Under the pieces are notes generated by a model that did no database searches, was not told the origin of the DNA, and saw nothing but the letters and a program-made list of their open reading frames with translations. 63,090 nucleotides of DNA from Craspedostauros australis. Its lineage: Eukaryota. The position numbers were made by a program, and so were the translations under genes. The stretch covers positions 1 to 63,090 of the forward strand of contig JALAGF010002624.1 of the NCBI GenBank assembly GCA_030167865.1. The letters run 5' to 3'. How positions within the stretch are numbered: the first letter of the stretch is position 1; the number at the start of each line of letters is the position of its first letter. This document shows positions 43,267 through 57,345 of the stretch, piece after piece.

Positions 43267-45930
43267 ATGGGCTTCAACCGAACGGAGTCTGGCATCCTGG
43301 CTGTCCTGCCCAAAATCTCATCCATCTTCTCCATCTTGGGTAGCACCTGGATCATCATCGAAGTGCTAACGCACCGCGGAACCAACCCAAAATGGAAGCA
43401 CCCGTACCATCGATTGCTGTTTGCCATGTCCGTCTACGACGTCCTCGAGTGCATCTGGAACTTCGCATCGACGTGGCCCATGCCCAGCGACTCCGGAAGG
43501 ATATGGGCCATCGGCAGCGAGGCGACGTGCAGCGCGCAAGGATTCTTCCTCACGCTCAGTTCCGCTGTGCCCGTCTACAATGCCTTGCTGGCCGTCTACT
43601 ACATGCTCGTCATCAAGTACCAATTCACGGATCGTCGACTGCGCACGCAGGTGGAACCCATCATGCACCTCATTGCCGGTGGCTGGGCATTCGGCACGGC
43701 CATCTCGTCGGCCGGCATGGGCCTCTACAATGATGCCACGCTGTGGTGCTGGATCGCGCCGCATCCGCCGGACTGCAAGGATACCTTGCGGTACGGCAAG
43801 GAGGAAGGCAACTGCGAACGAGGCGACAATGCCTTCGTCTTCCAGTGGGCATTCTACTTTGGTCCGCTGTGGTTTTCCATCATCGCCGCCAGTAAGTGAT
43901 TGGCGTTGCGTTGTTTCGTGCAGTGCCGTGTCATATGGTACCATGTCATGCCATACTGAGATCGTCGGAGTTCCATGCCTGCTCGACATCAAGTAAACGA
44001 AAGAGTTTCGAGTTGAACCCGCAGTGTGTGGGTGTGTGGGTGTGTGGGTGTGTGCCAATCATTGCACCACTCCATTCTACTCCACTCCATCTTCATTCTC
44101 ACACCTTCGCTTACACTGACTGACACTGGCCGTTACGGCATTTCCACGAACGGCGTTCATCGTTACCTGTTTCGCATCCGCACAGCCTTTTGCACTCTGT
44201 CGGTTTACTTCTTCGTCAGATCCATCGACAAGAAGATGCTGAAGTATCGCAAACCGCAGGAGATTCTGCGCGCGACCCGGGTTTCAATGAGACTGGGACC
44301 CACGATGGATCGCGAGAGCTTGAGCAGCAACGCGGAACCTGCTGTCGTCCGGGTAAGCACTCGCAACAGCAATGCCAACAACGACGATGACCAAGACAAT
44401 GGCCGGCCACCAAAGTCGGCACGGTCACTTTTTCGGAGCTCAGGCGCCACCTTGTCTCAATCTGAACGAATATTGCAAGCCAAAGCAGAGCTGGAGGAAG
44501 ACGAGAGGGAGAACAAATTCCTGGGTGGCAGATCGGAGCATTCGAGTCATTCCGCATCGAGCCGCGGCAGGATATCATCGTCAGCGTTGTCGGACAGCGT
44601 GGCGCTTCAGTTGCAAAGAGCGATCGAGGAGTCCAAGCAGCATCGCAGAGCAACTCGGGATGATTATCCGCGCACGGTGGCCGTGATGAACCAGGCCATA
44701 TGGTACCTGGGCGTCTTCTACCTGACTCATGTTTGGAGCACATCCAACCGGGTATTGCAGCAGATGAACAGTGGAGAGACCAGGTTCGGAATCATCCTCA
44801 TGCATTCCTGGTTCGACCCGTTCCAAGGCTTCCTCAATTACCTGGTGTACCAACGACCGATGTTCATATACCTGCTCAAGACGCAGCCAGAGCTGGGGTA
44901 CTTTGAAGCGTGCGCACGATTACTCCAGTTTTCATTCCTCAAGAAGAGGCAGGCAAATCGGGCCTTCTCCCAAAGAATGAGCAGTGTGTACGACTGCGAC
45001 ACGAATGACAACGACAGCTCGTCATCATCGAACGACTACCAGAACAACTTCTACACCAACCATCAACATCATCATCATCGTTATCAGAGTCGATGGCGAC
45101 AGCAGTATGAGATGGAAGCCATGGAGGAGCGACCACGCAGTTCTGGTCTTCACGATGAGATTGCACCATGTGAGGCCGACACTCCTGTGCCGCCTTCACC
45201 ATGGCACGAATCGAACGGAGAGCCAGCGAGCAATCTGAACGGTGTAATCGCATCCAGCGGATCGCTGATACAAAATGAAAGTATTGCAAATCTAAGCATC
45301 GGTGTGGTTTGTCATCCTGGTGCGACTCTGAATCAGTCCAACAACAGCTGCCTTACAGAAAAGATCACGCGCAAACCTAGCGGAGAGATCGGCAACCACG
45401 CGAATGCGCACGCAACTCATAAGCTGACCGACGCAACCAACCAGAGGAAAGGAAAGAATGATACTGGCGATGCAACGTACAGGACCATGCCGACACTACG
45501 TCACGAGTTCGGAACAGCCGGAGCTTCCTCCAACTCGTTGGGCGAGATCTCGATGAGTTCCACATCCGAGACGCTGAAAGATTTCTCAACGCCGCAGGGT
45601 GCTTTGCATCTGATGGGGGCCGAAATAGGTGACTCCAGGAACGCCCACAGTCCAATGGCAGCAATGCATGCCGCCAATGCGACTATTTCCAATCAGCAGA
45701 GCGCATCACAACAGCAACACGAGACGACCAACGAACAAACGGCTAGGAGGGATCCGACCACTCAGCGGCAACACGATGATGCGGATGCGATTGCGAAAGA
45801 AGGTGCCCCTGTCATATTTGAAGGTCTGCCACCGGAAACACTGGTTCGCAGCATCTCCATGACTGGCTCTGTTACTCAGGACACTGTGTCACATAGCTCG
45901 AACGCCTCTTCCGCAATCGAAGGTCCATGA
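43267..45930 (+). CDS. Seven-transmembrane GPCR-like receptor, copy 2 (tandem paralogue), 2 exons
   Basis: Exons 43267-43891 and 44186-45930 give 789 aa. It has the same motifs, the same 625-nt exon 1 and the same phase-1 intron position as copy 1. Confidence 0.9.
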
Positions 45931-46617
45931 CGGGCATCGATTGGGACCAGAGGGGGCGACATATGTACCATACCCAGAACAGCATCGGTGGGTGTTTAGG
46001 AATAGAGCACAATTGCTCCACCCAGCTCTAGTCCACTCATCTCAACTTAACTCAGCGTTTCGCCAACAGAACTGAACGTTTGGCGATGCGATCGAAGCAC
46101 GACGACAATAGTTTCCGCGAGTAGTCGTATTTACAGGCAGTCTCCAAGTCGGGCTCTTCCGTTCTAGTATGCCTTGTTCCAAATGGCACGTAGTCGCACA
46201 ACAACACACCTCGCATTACCATGAACTTGAACGCCATCCTTTCGTTCTCCACTCGATCACTCTCTATACCATTCAACTCCCGTCAAACCAAACCACTACG
46301 ATCCTCGTGTTGTGTATGATTGAATTCACTAATTTTTATTTCGGGTAATCACAATCAGCACCATACTCGTTTCCCATGAGATTTGCTCTCGCTCCCTCTC
46401 TTGTGTCGAAGCGAGATCATCAATTCTTGATGTTTTGTGCTCGTACGGTGTGATGTTGTGTTGTGCCTTGTTGGGTAATGTGGGACATGAAACAGTTGTG
46501 TTTGTGTGTGTTTGTGCAACAGGCTGCTGGCAGTAGGCACGGATGGTAGTAGAGTAGCTGGCTGCTGCTTTGTGAGAGCGCAAGACGATCTGCGCCGCTT
46601 CACATGCGACGGTGTGT

Positions 46618-49600
46618 TTAACCGTCGTTGGTTCCACGCTTGAGCCTCTCAGCCTCGGCAGCGTGCATGTTGAACACTTGCTCGAGGGAGGTTTGGCTGA
46701 CCCCGTACTCGGCAACAGCAAGAGAATCCTTGTTCTCCTCGATGCTCTGGAAGATACTGGAGATCTTGACGCCACGGGAGCTGACTTCGTACCGAGCCTT
46801 CGTGTCCTGGCGTTCGCGCATGGTGGAGTCGGGGTAGTTGGTGGCGACGAAGTTGTGCAGCTGGCGCATGCGGACCTCCACGGTGGCGAAGGATGCGACC
46901 TCGCCGATTTCCACGCCGACTGGTGATGACGCAGCCTTGTACACGCCATATCCGTTTGGATTGTCGAGATTAATCATGTCGGCAAGGTAGCCGTCGCCAG
47001 TGACAGCGCGAAGTCCCTGCTGGACTTGATCCAACGTCAACATGACGGCATTAGTATCGTCGACAGCAACCTCGACGTCGGTGTCGGCTTCGACCTGCGT
47101 ACCCGCGGACACGCCGGCGCCTCCCGCGATGCGTTCCAAGTAGGTCTTGTAATCGACATCTCGGGTTTCGGCGTCCTTGATCTTCATTTCCACCTGGTAT
47201 CCCTGGCCGAACTTGTCTTTCAGATGCTGTGCTGATCCGATGCAGCGGATCTTTCCTCCGGCCATGATGGCGATGCGGGGGCACAGTGCCTCAGCTTCTT
47301 CCATGCTGTGGGTCGTCAGGATGACACTGGTTCGCTCTTCCTGTGGGATGTTTCCGCCATTGACCATGTCAGAAACCATCTGCCAGATCTCACGGCGGGC
47401 GACAGGGTCTGTTCGAAGGTGAAGTTATTTCGTTGCGTTGTGCAGGAGTCGGAATGGAGATGGAAATGCAAATGGAACAATCGAACCAAAAAGATTTGGG
47501 GTGAACGGCAACGGAAGTAGGAGGTTAGCGAACATTGCGCACGGACAGGCACAAGTGCGAATGTTGGTGATCACAATTGCATATCGCCGAATGTATGTAT
47601 GGAATGGAATGATGAGCGTTCGTGAGCAGCCCGCAACGTGATCGGATGGAAAATGAGGAGACTTACCGACGCCTGTGGAGCACTCATCCAAGAACACGAT
47701 CTGAGGCTGCCCGATCGTGGCGCATGCCAAGGAAAGACGGCGTTTCATGCCACCGCTGTATCCCATGCTGACACGGTCGCTGTCAAAGTCGTTGAGACCG
47801 ACCTCGGCCAGCTTCGAGGCGGCTGCCTCTTTCACGAGGTCAGGCGGGACGCCCTTGATACTTGCGTAGAGCTCGATGTGCTCTCGTCCTGTCATGTTGG
47901 TGAAATGGGCATCGAACTGCGGGCAGTATCCGACGCGGCGTCTGGTCTTTTCAGGTTCGCGCGAGACGCTGAAGCCAGCGAGTGTGGCGTCGCCTGTTGT
48001 GGGTGGGAATTCGGCTGTGAGCATGCCCATCGTGGTGGTCTTTCCAGCGCCGTTGATTCCGAGCAAGGAGAAGCACTGTCCCGGTGGGATTCCCAACGAG
48101 ATGTTGTTGACGGCGACCTTTCCGTTGCTGTAGACCTTGGAGAGTTTATCGATGACGATCATGTCGTTGTTGGCACCGCCGGACTGGACTCTTTCCTGTT
48201 CAGCGATCACATCGCTATCATCTGGGACCTCGGTCTGGAGCTCGCTGTGCTGGCGGACCGGGCAGAAGATCATTCGCAAACAAAGGATGTCGATGACCTT
48301 CTGGTACATGATGACGGCTTCGGGGTTGGAAGATAGCTGATCGATCTTCATGGCGATGAGAAGGTAAATGATGCTCTGCCACGCGAGGAAGATGATTTCG
48401 TACAGCGCGATCTCCTCATCCCACGCAGTGATCTCGGATCCTGAGAGCAGCTCGATGATTTCGATGTTCATGCAGGAGAACAGACCCTTGCTGAGGTTGA
48501 AGGATGGGATAAACCGGAGAATCCATTCAACGGCCTTCGTAATGTTCAGAAGGTTCTCGTCGGGATTTTCTGCGGATGTATGGTATTGTAGTGGCGAGGA
48601 TAGACAAGGGGGGAGTATTGCAGGTGCATGCGAAAATCGCGCAGAATGGCGCAGAGGAAATGTGGTGAGGTGATGAGATACAGTCACAAGCGAGGAATAC
48701 TGCATGGTACGTGACGTTGGCCATTGGCCAAGAAAGCGCGCTTGTTCGTGCACCAAGTTTTGTTCCAAGACAATTGTAAGTACGAGTACCATACACATGC
48801 ACGCGGTTGGAACTTACCATTGTCTTCAGCAATAATTCGCATGATGAATGTGGCCAGTGTTCCACCAAGGCCGATGAGGAAACCAGAAATGATGAGAATC
48901 AGGTTGCACATGCTTGGGGAAGTGAAGAAGAAGGAGACGATGTAGGAGAAGGATGCGGCTGCGGGCCCGAAGAAGATGAGCAGGCAGATGATGGCGCTGA
49001 TGACGTTGCGGGTAGATGTGGTGAACACGCTGATGTCGAAGATGAAGAGAAGAATGATGGTCAGCCACAGTGGGAACTGGTAGTTGGCCACATCCCAGAG
49101 CCAGGTGGAGACCCAATAGGCTGCCGGCTTGACACCAGCGACAGTCTGGAGGTGCTTGGCCTTCGATTCTCTCTCAGTGACGACGAAGGTGGCGAACGAT
49201 CCGGCAATGAATGGGAAACTCAGAGTGACAAGGAACCAGGTGACGAAAGCGTTATCTCCTTCGTCAAAGGCTTCCTCCACCGATGTCTTGGGCAGCGGGT
49301 GAATTGTGGTGCGGATCCTGAAGTTGTTGTCTCCCGTGGCCTCGCGCACGATGGCTTCATCAGCGAGGGTTTGGTACAATGGCGCGACGTGAAGTGCGGT
49401 GTAGTTGTATCTGATGGTATAACCGATTCCTCCGTAGTTTTGACATTCGTTGGGGTTGACGTAGTCCTGACCAACGACTTGCTCTTGGCACCTCGCGATG
49501 GTGGCATCGGCGTAGGAAGAGCCAGTCCCGTTCGAGTCCAAGACACTGTCTGGGAAGTGAGTGAAGAAGAGAGCACCGTAGGTGCTGGCAGCGAAGCTGG

Positions 49601-52600
49601 AAGCAGTGTCGAAAAGAAATTCGGAGGCATCGAAGACATTGGATTGGTCCGTTGGCACGCCGAAGGCGCCGAACTCTTGTAAGCCATCCGCGATCTCCTG
49701 AGACTGGGTGATGGTGCACTGCGGCAGATCGGGCAGGGTTGCTGCGACGCCGCAGAATGTGTAAGACTCGCCGGTCTCGTCGAGTTCCACGATGGGGACC
49801 GGATCAGCGCAGCGGGCGTTCTGGCAGAAGTATGACGAATTTGGCTCGTTGAATGGGATCGGGTTTCTATCGATAGAAATCCCGTCATTGTAATCGTCGA
49901 GAGTGAGCTCCAAGGATTTCATGTCGGGCTCAACGACGACGTATTTGTTGAGGATGAGGCCGATGAGGACAAAGAAGGATGGGAGGATGGTGGTGCACAC
50001 CCAAGCTTTCTTGTCTCTCTTGAAGTTCAATGCACGCTTCTGGAACAGCGCAGTGACGTGGGTGTTGAACAGATCTTCCTTGTCGAAGTCGATGCGGGAG
50101 CGGGAGGACTTCTCGCCGTCGTCTTCGTCCTTCATCACGCTCTGATCGGCAGGGGGTGCCGACTCGTCACCGTTGTCGATCTGCATGCGGGAAGAAGCCA
50201 TGCGGGATTTGGAGTTGTTGGCGCTGTCACCTCTTGCGACGAGCAAGAAGACTTCATCGAGAGTCGTGATGCCCACACCGTATGTGACGATGTTGCCATT
50301 GTCGACCTTATCGTCCAAGCCATCGAACATGCCCTTGAAGCTGGAAGCGGCGGCGAGGGGGAGCTGGAAGCTGAGTTCTGTTCCCACGTTGCTGAGCAGT
50401 GTGCAGTCCGGAACGGAGCCCTTGACGATCTCGGTGAGACTGTCATCGATCTCCTCCTTCGTGCCTGCCACGACATCTTGCGGTTGCTTCTCGATTGTGA
50501 GCTGGTATCCGACGCCATAAGTCTTCTTCAGGAACAGCGAGCTTCCGATGCAGCGCAAACGTCCTGCGGACATGATGGCGATGCGGTCGCCGAGGATATC
50601 GGCTTCGTCCTGTGCGTGATGGATGATACAATACGAATGAGCCGACGTTAGTTCGGATGCAAGTGCAAGCGCGAGTGTGAGCGCATATGTGAATGGATGT
50701 AGAGATGAGGTAGTAGCAGCAAGTCAAAGCAGGTGAGCACCAAGCTTCGTGTCCGGAGCATGGGGCGATGGCACGGTCGATTACAGCGGTGTGCACGGAC
50801 ACGATTGGGAGTGCAACAGAGCCAAGCAGAGCGGAGCACAAGCCGACGTACCATGAAATGGGTGGTGAGGATGATGCAACGGTCGCGACGGTACTGACGG
50901 ATAACGTTCCAAGTGAATCGTCTCGAGAAGGGGTCCTGTGGTGTTTTTTTTTTGCAAAGGAAGAAACATATGGAAAGAGAGTCAAGAAGGAAGACGAAAG
51001 AGCATATTGTGTTCAAGTGTGAGATTCATTGATTCGCTCGCTCGTTCGTTGGTTCGTTCGTTGGTTCGTCCTTGGTTCATGGCTTGCGGCGTCTTCTTGA
51101 GTATGCACCAACTTACCATGCCGGAGGTTGGTTCGTCAAGGAGCACGGTCTTGCTGTCGCCGCAGAATGCAATGGCAACGGAGAGCTTGCGCTTCATGCC
51201 ACCGCTGAGATTCTTGGAGAACGTGTTGCGCTTCTCGTGCAAGGCGACGTCTTCGATGCTTTGGTCGATCTTCTCTTCGGCTTCCTGGGCGGACATTTTG
51301 TTGTACATTCCCTTGATCCTGGCGAAGAATTGGACGTGTTCCCTGACGGTGAGCATGGGGAAGAGGCAGTCGTGCTGCAAGCAGATGCCGATCTCTTGTC
51401 GAATGGAGGTCATGTTGGTACGGATGTCCCTGCCGCCGATGGTTGCGTATCCCTCCGTCGGAGCGATCATACCGGTCAACATGCTGATCGTGGTGGTCTT
51501 TCCTGCGCCGTTGTGTCCGAGCAGGGCGGTGATCTGGTCTCTGTACAGCGACATGCTGAGTCCGTCGACGGCAGTCTTCTCTCCGAAGGTCTTGCGGAGG
51601 TTGCGGACCTCGATGCTCTTGCCTTGGCGCTTTTGTGCCTTGACGGAGTCCGAAACCTCCTCGGCTGGGATGCCATCTTGGTACACGACCTCCTCGTCTT
51701 CGTTCTCGTCCGTCTGGGAATTGACGCTACCTGGGCACCAGTAGCTCTTGGTGAATGGGAAGTACCATGGGAGAGGCTGTCCGAGTTCGAGCACGATGAC
51801 ACGGTTGGCGTACCAGGTGAGGACACCCCAAAGGACGCAGTCGACGATGAGGTTGTTCAGGGCGTTGGTAAAGGTGTAGCCAGATGGGTTGTCGGTTTCG
51901 TCGATGCTTCCAGGCTTCAGACCGATTCCAGCATCTTCCAGGCGACCGATCTCGTTGATACCGTAGGAGAATGCTGCGACGGGGTGGAGGGAGATGAGTC
52001 CGATGGTGCCGATGTTGCCGTCCTCAAAGGTTGTGATCAAGGTGAGGAAGTATCCGCAGAAGAAGAACAAGAGTCCCACCAGGGTTGCCTTGGTGGCCTT
52101 GGCGAAGAAGGCCGAGATGAACAGGCAGAAGACGATGACCGCGGTGAAGGTGAAGATCCAGAAGAAGAGAATGTAGCCGAAGTCCGAGTTTTCGTAGAGG
52201 CCATTGAATGCGAGCGCTGTGACGACGGCGGTGACGAGATGGAAGCTCCAGAAGGTCAAGAACCAGGACCAACCGATGTCGGATTCGGTGACACTCATCA
52301 TCTTCATGAGCTCCTTCTGGCGCAGTTCCTTCTCCTGTACGACGTAACGGATCATGGCCGAGACGGGGTAGAGGAGTCCCAAGGTGATCAGCAGACTTGC
52401 GAACTCTGCGGATGGGCATGGGACGAGCGCGGATTGTGACATCGAGAACGTGCAGAATTTGGTGGTGGTGAGAAGAGCGATAGCGATAACACGGCATTGC
52501 ACAATGTAGTACAACAACAAACCAATCCGCTTGCGAGTAACGATGCTGGAAAAATCTTCGTTGCGCAACACCGTACCGTAGGACGGAACTTACCGGCAAT

Positions 52601-53982
52601 TGCTTCATAGAAACCGTTCTCTTCGTACTCGAAGGATGGGAATGGAGCGTACTGCACACCGTGTTCGGAAACGAAGAAGCCCAGGTCCTTGGCGCCCTCG
52701 GCCTCCATGATCCAATCGCCAACGAGACGTTGGATGACCAAGGCGCCATTGTAGATGTACTGGTTGGTGCAGCTGGTTTCGTTCATGCCGATCTCCGGAA
52801 ATCCGTCGTCGAGGGGACAGGAGTTCGAGTCATCTTTGGCGTAACGTTCGAAGCTCTTGTAGGTGGGCGGGGTGGTGACGGTGGCGGGACGTGCGGCTTC
52901 TTCGGGGGCGTTGAAGTTGGTGGAGTTGACGCGGATGCGGTAGTCGTAGTTGATATCGGGGTTGGTCAATCCATCGAAGACGATGGCGAGGGTGATCTTG
53001 GGCGTGTCTCCTTTCTTGTAGTTGCCGGATTTGACGTAGCTCTCCAAGGCGGAGTTGCTGTCAAAGCGCTGCACGAAATCGAAGGAGAATGGGAGGTTGA
53101 CGTCGGGATTGGACTGGTTGAGCTCGGGGTAACGGGTGTAGATGTATTCAGTGAAGTCGTCGGCCTGTTGCTTGGCGACGGCGTCGTCCGCGGTGCGGGA
53201 GACGACGCCAAGGGCCGAGTACTCGCAGAGTTCGGAGGCATCCGGCTTGCCGTCTTCGACATTCTTATCGCACTCCGTGCTGTCGCACTTGACGAAAGGG
53301 ACCTGCCAGTTGAATCCGTCATTGTTCATTCCGCTGATGCGGAATTCGTTGCCGTAGATGCCGCCGAAGAATTTGGAAGGGATCTTGTCTTGGATGAAAT
53401 CAGGAAGATCCAAGGTGCTCTCGAAGAGTTCTTCACCCGAAAGGTCGGCGATACATTTGCGTTGGGCCTGCAACGCCTTGACGTAGTCGCCGAAGGAGTA
53501 CGGGACGATGCTCTCATCGGGGAAGGACGCAGCGACCGTTTTTGCCGAAAAGCTGTCATTGCCTTCGAGCGACGACTTGATGGCGAGAAGGATCGCGACG
53601 AATCCGACGGGGAGGGCGAACTCAAAAAGCTGATTCATTTTCAGAGTTGTGGAAATTCAGGACGTCGTCGCCGCCGTCGCCATCGTCGCCGTTACGGTTG
53701 TTGTTGGTTTTGCGAAGAGGGTGGAAGGAGAACGAAATGCACGATTAATGGACGATTGATGGAGGGTTGGTGATTGGTGGTGAGTACGAGTACGAGTATA
53801 AGCACGATCGTGTCAAGATTGCACCAGCACAATGTAACACAATATCAAAGCCAACGGCGCTGGCATATTCCACCGTTTTTGGGACAAGGTGCAAAGCAAT
53901 TACTCACGGTACCGATGAGGTTGCGCTTGCGGTAGATGAGGTTGCGGCGCATCAAGGCGCCGAAGGAACGGGAGCACAACAT
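46618..53982 (-). CDS. ABCA: Full-size ABC transporter subfamily A, 7 exons
   Basis: Exons 53982-53908, 53629-52594, 52405-51117, 50935-50852, 50609-48818, 48569-47667 and 47408-46618, all GT-AG, total 5970 nt (1989 aa). N-terminus ALMRRNLIYRKRN. NBD1: GHNGAGKTT / LSGGMKRK / LLDEPTSGMD. NBD2: GINGAGKTT / YSGGMKRR / FLDECSTGVD. It ends with SQTSLEQVF. Confidence 0.95.
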
Positions 53983-54737
53983 GGTGGTGTTGTTGCTGCT
54001 GCTGGTGGTGGTGGTCGTGGGAAACGAGGCGTTGCCTGGTGCGTGGGAAACTGTGCTATTCTGCGTCGGGGTCGAGCGGAAATCCTTTCACTGCGGGTGT
54101 TCTGCTGGACCGGATTGAGTTTATGACATGATGAAAGGAAATTTTGAGATGCAATTCAAACAGAGAGTGTGAGGATCTTGGTCATGGGCAGTGCTGATGT
54201 TGTTGCCGTTGCACAGCTCAATTGCGCACAATGGTGGAGCATTCACAAAGCGTTCTGCTTTGGGAACAGCTGGCAGCCAATCTGCCATGGCTGATTCATG
54301 GTTGAGGAATGCGAACGTCGGTAGCGCCATTTTCTCTCTATCTCTATCTCTATCTCTCTTGTCTTGTGCTTGCCTTTCGTTGTGCGTGTTCGAATTCTGA
54401 GTTCGCGGGACAAGTGGGGGAGAAGGTATGCGCTATTGGTATTGCCAACGTGGGACGTATGCGCGGGTGGTGGCTGGGGCCGTATCCTTTGGGCTGATCA
54501 AGAGATGACTGCTGGCGATGACCGGTGCTGTTTGTTGCGCTGTGATGTGATGTAATGTGATCTGTTTGACTTTGTTTGTTTTCTGGTTTTATGAGAGAGG
54601 CGGGATGATGTCCTGTTGCGTCCTCCAGGTCCAGTTCGAATGCAGATGCAGATGCTCGTTCGTGCCGATGATGCAGCCAAAGCGAGCGATGCTGGTTGGT
54701 TGGTCTTGGTCGTTCCTGCACTTGATGTGTCTATGTC

Positions 54738-54769
54738 ACGAGTGCAAGTACGAGTGCAAGTACGAGTGC
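54738..54769. repeat. 12-bp tandem repeat (ACGAGTGCAAGT, about 2.7 copies)
   Basis: acgagtgcaagt acgagtgcaagt acgagtgc read directly. Confidence 0.85.
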
Positions 54770-57345
54770 GGGTCCGTGTTCGTTGCTCTTACTTACCAAC
54801 GATCACCGAGTGGCCTTTGTGCAGGATGGATCTGTCAGGAGGCAATCTTGCTTCTGCGCAAGTATGATGTGGTGTGTTGCTCAAGATGAATGCCCCCGGT
54901 ACTACTCCACGCTTCTGTTGAGGTTCCGGCCGCTGGAGAGTTGTTGTTTTTGTGATGTTGCTGTGCGCAAGTCTTGCCGAGTAGGAACAATGTGGATCTG
55001 ATCTGCACGATTCAGCCTGGGAAGCCAAATGAACCGCACTGCGCAGCGAGACCCAAGATCGCGAAACGTCTCTCCCACCAGCCTTCACTCGATCTTGGCC
55101 CGCGGATTCTGGTGCCTCGTATCTGCATCCGTGGCGCGCTTCAGCCATCACAACACGGCGCCAAACTGGGGTGCTGCGACTCCCCAGGCAGCGCAACTTT
55201 TCAGGCTGAGTCTTTATCCCTCCAGTCATCGTTTCGCACATTCGTCATGAGGAGTGTCTGCGCAGGAAAAGCTCTGAACAAGAAACCGCTCGTTCTGCGC
55301 GCCTGTGTGTTGAAGTGCAAGTAACGAGTTGTTGTGCGTGACGTCACGTTGGTGGGTAGTTTCGTGATTCGTCAAATCAGGGTTTCGACAGACAATCGGG
55401 TTCGGTTTTGTGGATGGAGAACATCCAAGAACTCGCTTACTGGCTCATACCACGAGTCGACCACGCCGATTACATGAATTTGCACATTCCCCTGTGTTCT
55501 TGGTTTTCGCAGTACCCAACCATCTCCGTTCCCATTACCACAATCTCAACAAGATCGCAGAATCATCAAGGCGGGTGCTCTCTCCAGTACTCTCTAGCGT
55601 GTTCTATGATAGACTATGAGTCCCACGGACACGACAAGATGCTCCATTCCAACTCTGGAGGCGTTGCGGGGATCGAGAAGCCCCAAAGCGCAGGAGATTG
55701 CAGGGTACAAAGCAGTCTGCTTTCTTCTAATAGCGCAGACCATCGAGAGGGAGAGTGTTGAGGGAACGAAGACAATGTCATTGAAGGCAGCCAGCGCAAC
55801 AACTTATCATCTCGTTCGTTCTCGTCTCTCCCGCGCGGTCCAAGAAGGAAGATGAACAAGTGCTCTCACTTCCGACAAATCTTCAGAAGAAGCGTTGTCG
55901 TACAAAAGTCGAAGCCCCGCTGACGTGTGCGAAGAAAGAGATGTGTGGTGGCGAGGGCAATGCCGATGGCGACACTCCCATGAACATGCGGTTGATGACG
56001 AGTCTGCTCATCGGCACTTGGGGAGAGAGCACAACAGAGCAGGTCGTTGAGGAGGGACAATGCCATCCTCAAGCTTGCCCAAGAGAAATGCTGACAGCAA
56101 CGCTGGAATGCGATGCGGTAGGATCCAACACGCAGGCACCGCTCTTGAACATGAAAACTGATGGAGTAGAATCTTCCAATCATTCCCGAAACAGAGCTGT
56201 GTGGCACACCAACACATCTTGATCGTCAGCATCGTCGTACGAGGAGGCCACCTGATACATACAATAGAATTGTTCATGTACGAATCCGATTGGAATCTGA
56301 CACCGGATCCCAAGGACGAATTGTGTTGTGGAGGCGCGCTGATCACCTTCTATCACATCAGCACGACCAAACAGTGGTCGTGTCGCTCGAAGGGGTATGT
56401 GTCTGTGCACGGCGGCGTATGTTGAGTGTGATTGTTGTGTGCGATGGTCGCTGCCTTTGATGGCTCGTCGATGTGTTGAACTCTTGGCCGGATTGGGGAG
56501 CGACAAGTGGGGAATCCAAATGTTGAATTTCCGATTGGCCTGATGTGAAAAGGCTCTCGAAATTCGTCGATAGGCCTTTCGAACCTCGATGAATCTGGTC
56601 GGTTCTGACGAAATGAAGATGAACGAAGTGAACGGGTCCATCAGGCCATGTTCGCAGAGTATCCACCTTGATGATTCCTCCTGCCAGCACACTCTGTAGG
56701 CATTCAAAGCATCGACATCGAGGACATAAATGGCAAAGGAAACACAGAGGAGAGCGATCTCGTCGCACTCTTAGGATTAAGTCGCTGCCATTGAACTTTG
56801 GAATACAGTTGGAAGGAGCGGGTGCTCGGTGAACGGCTAGAAACAGAACTGGAGTTGCCGAGTTCGAAGCGCTAGATTGTGCGCTGCTTGGCGGTTGCCA
56901 ACAAATCACAACGCAAGCATGGCGGTCAAGATACGAGTATGTCTGCCTCAACTCATCTCATCTCATGCGAAGGTGCTTTGGGGCTCTCCCTTTGTTTTTA
57001 TGCGCCTAACCCTAGTTGCGTGGTGGCGCACTCCGCGTTGCTCGTGATGCTTGTTGCGCAAACAATGGCTAGCTCTCCAGGTCACAAGCAACCCACTGCC
57101 TGCGTAAACAGCACACAAAGCGAGTGAACCCACCGACAGGTGCAAGTGCACCATCTGTTCTATACCATATTTAGTAGCGTGCTTCGATGCGGGCGACCCT
57201 GTTCTATTATATGCGTCTGCAATGAAAGACAAAGACAAACCATCAGGAGTAAGGCAACAGCAACAACACCGAAGCGAAAGTGCAAACAATGCAATCTGAG
57301 AGATTAGAAATGGATAATTCGCCCCCACGACAACCAAGAAAAATA

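Noticed and set aside
55410-55619. LHEFAH (HExxH-like) motif in a 69-aa ORF
   Set aside because: The ORF is short with no other metallopeptidase context, so chance is the likely explanation.
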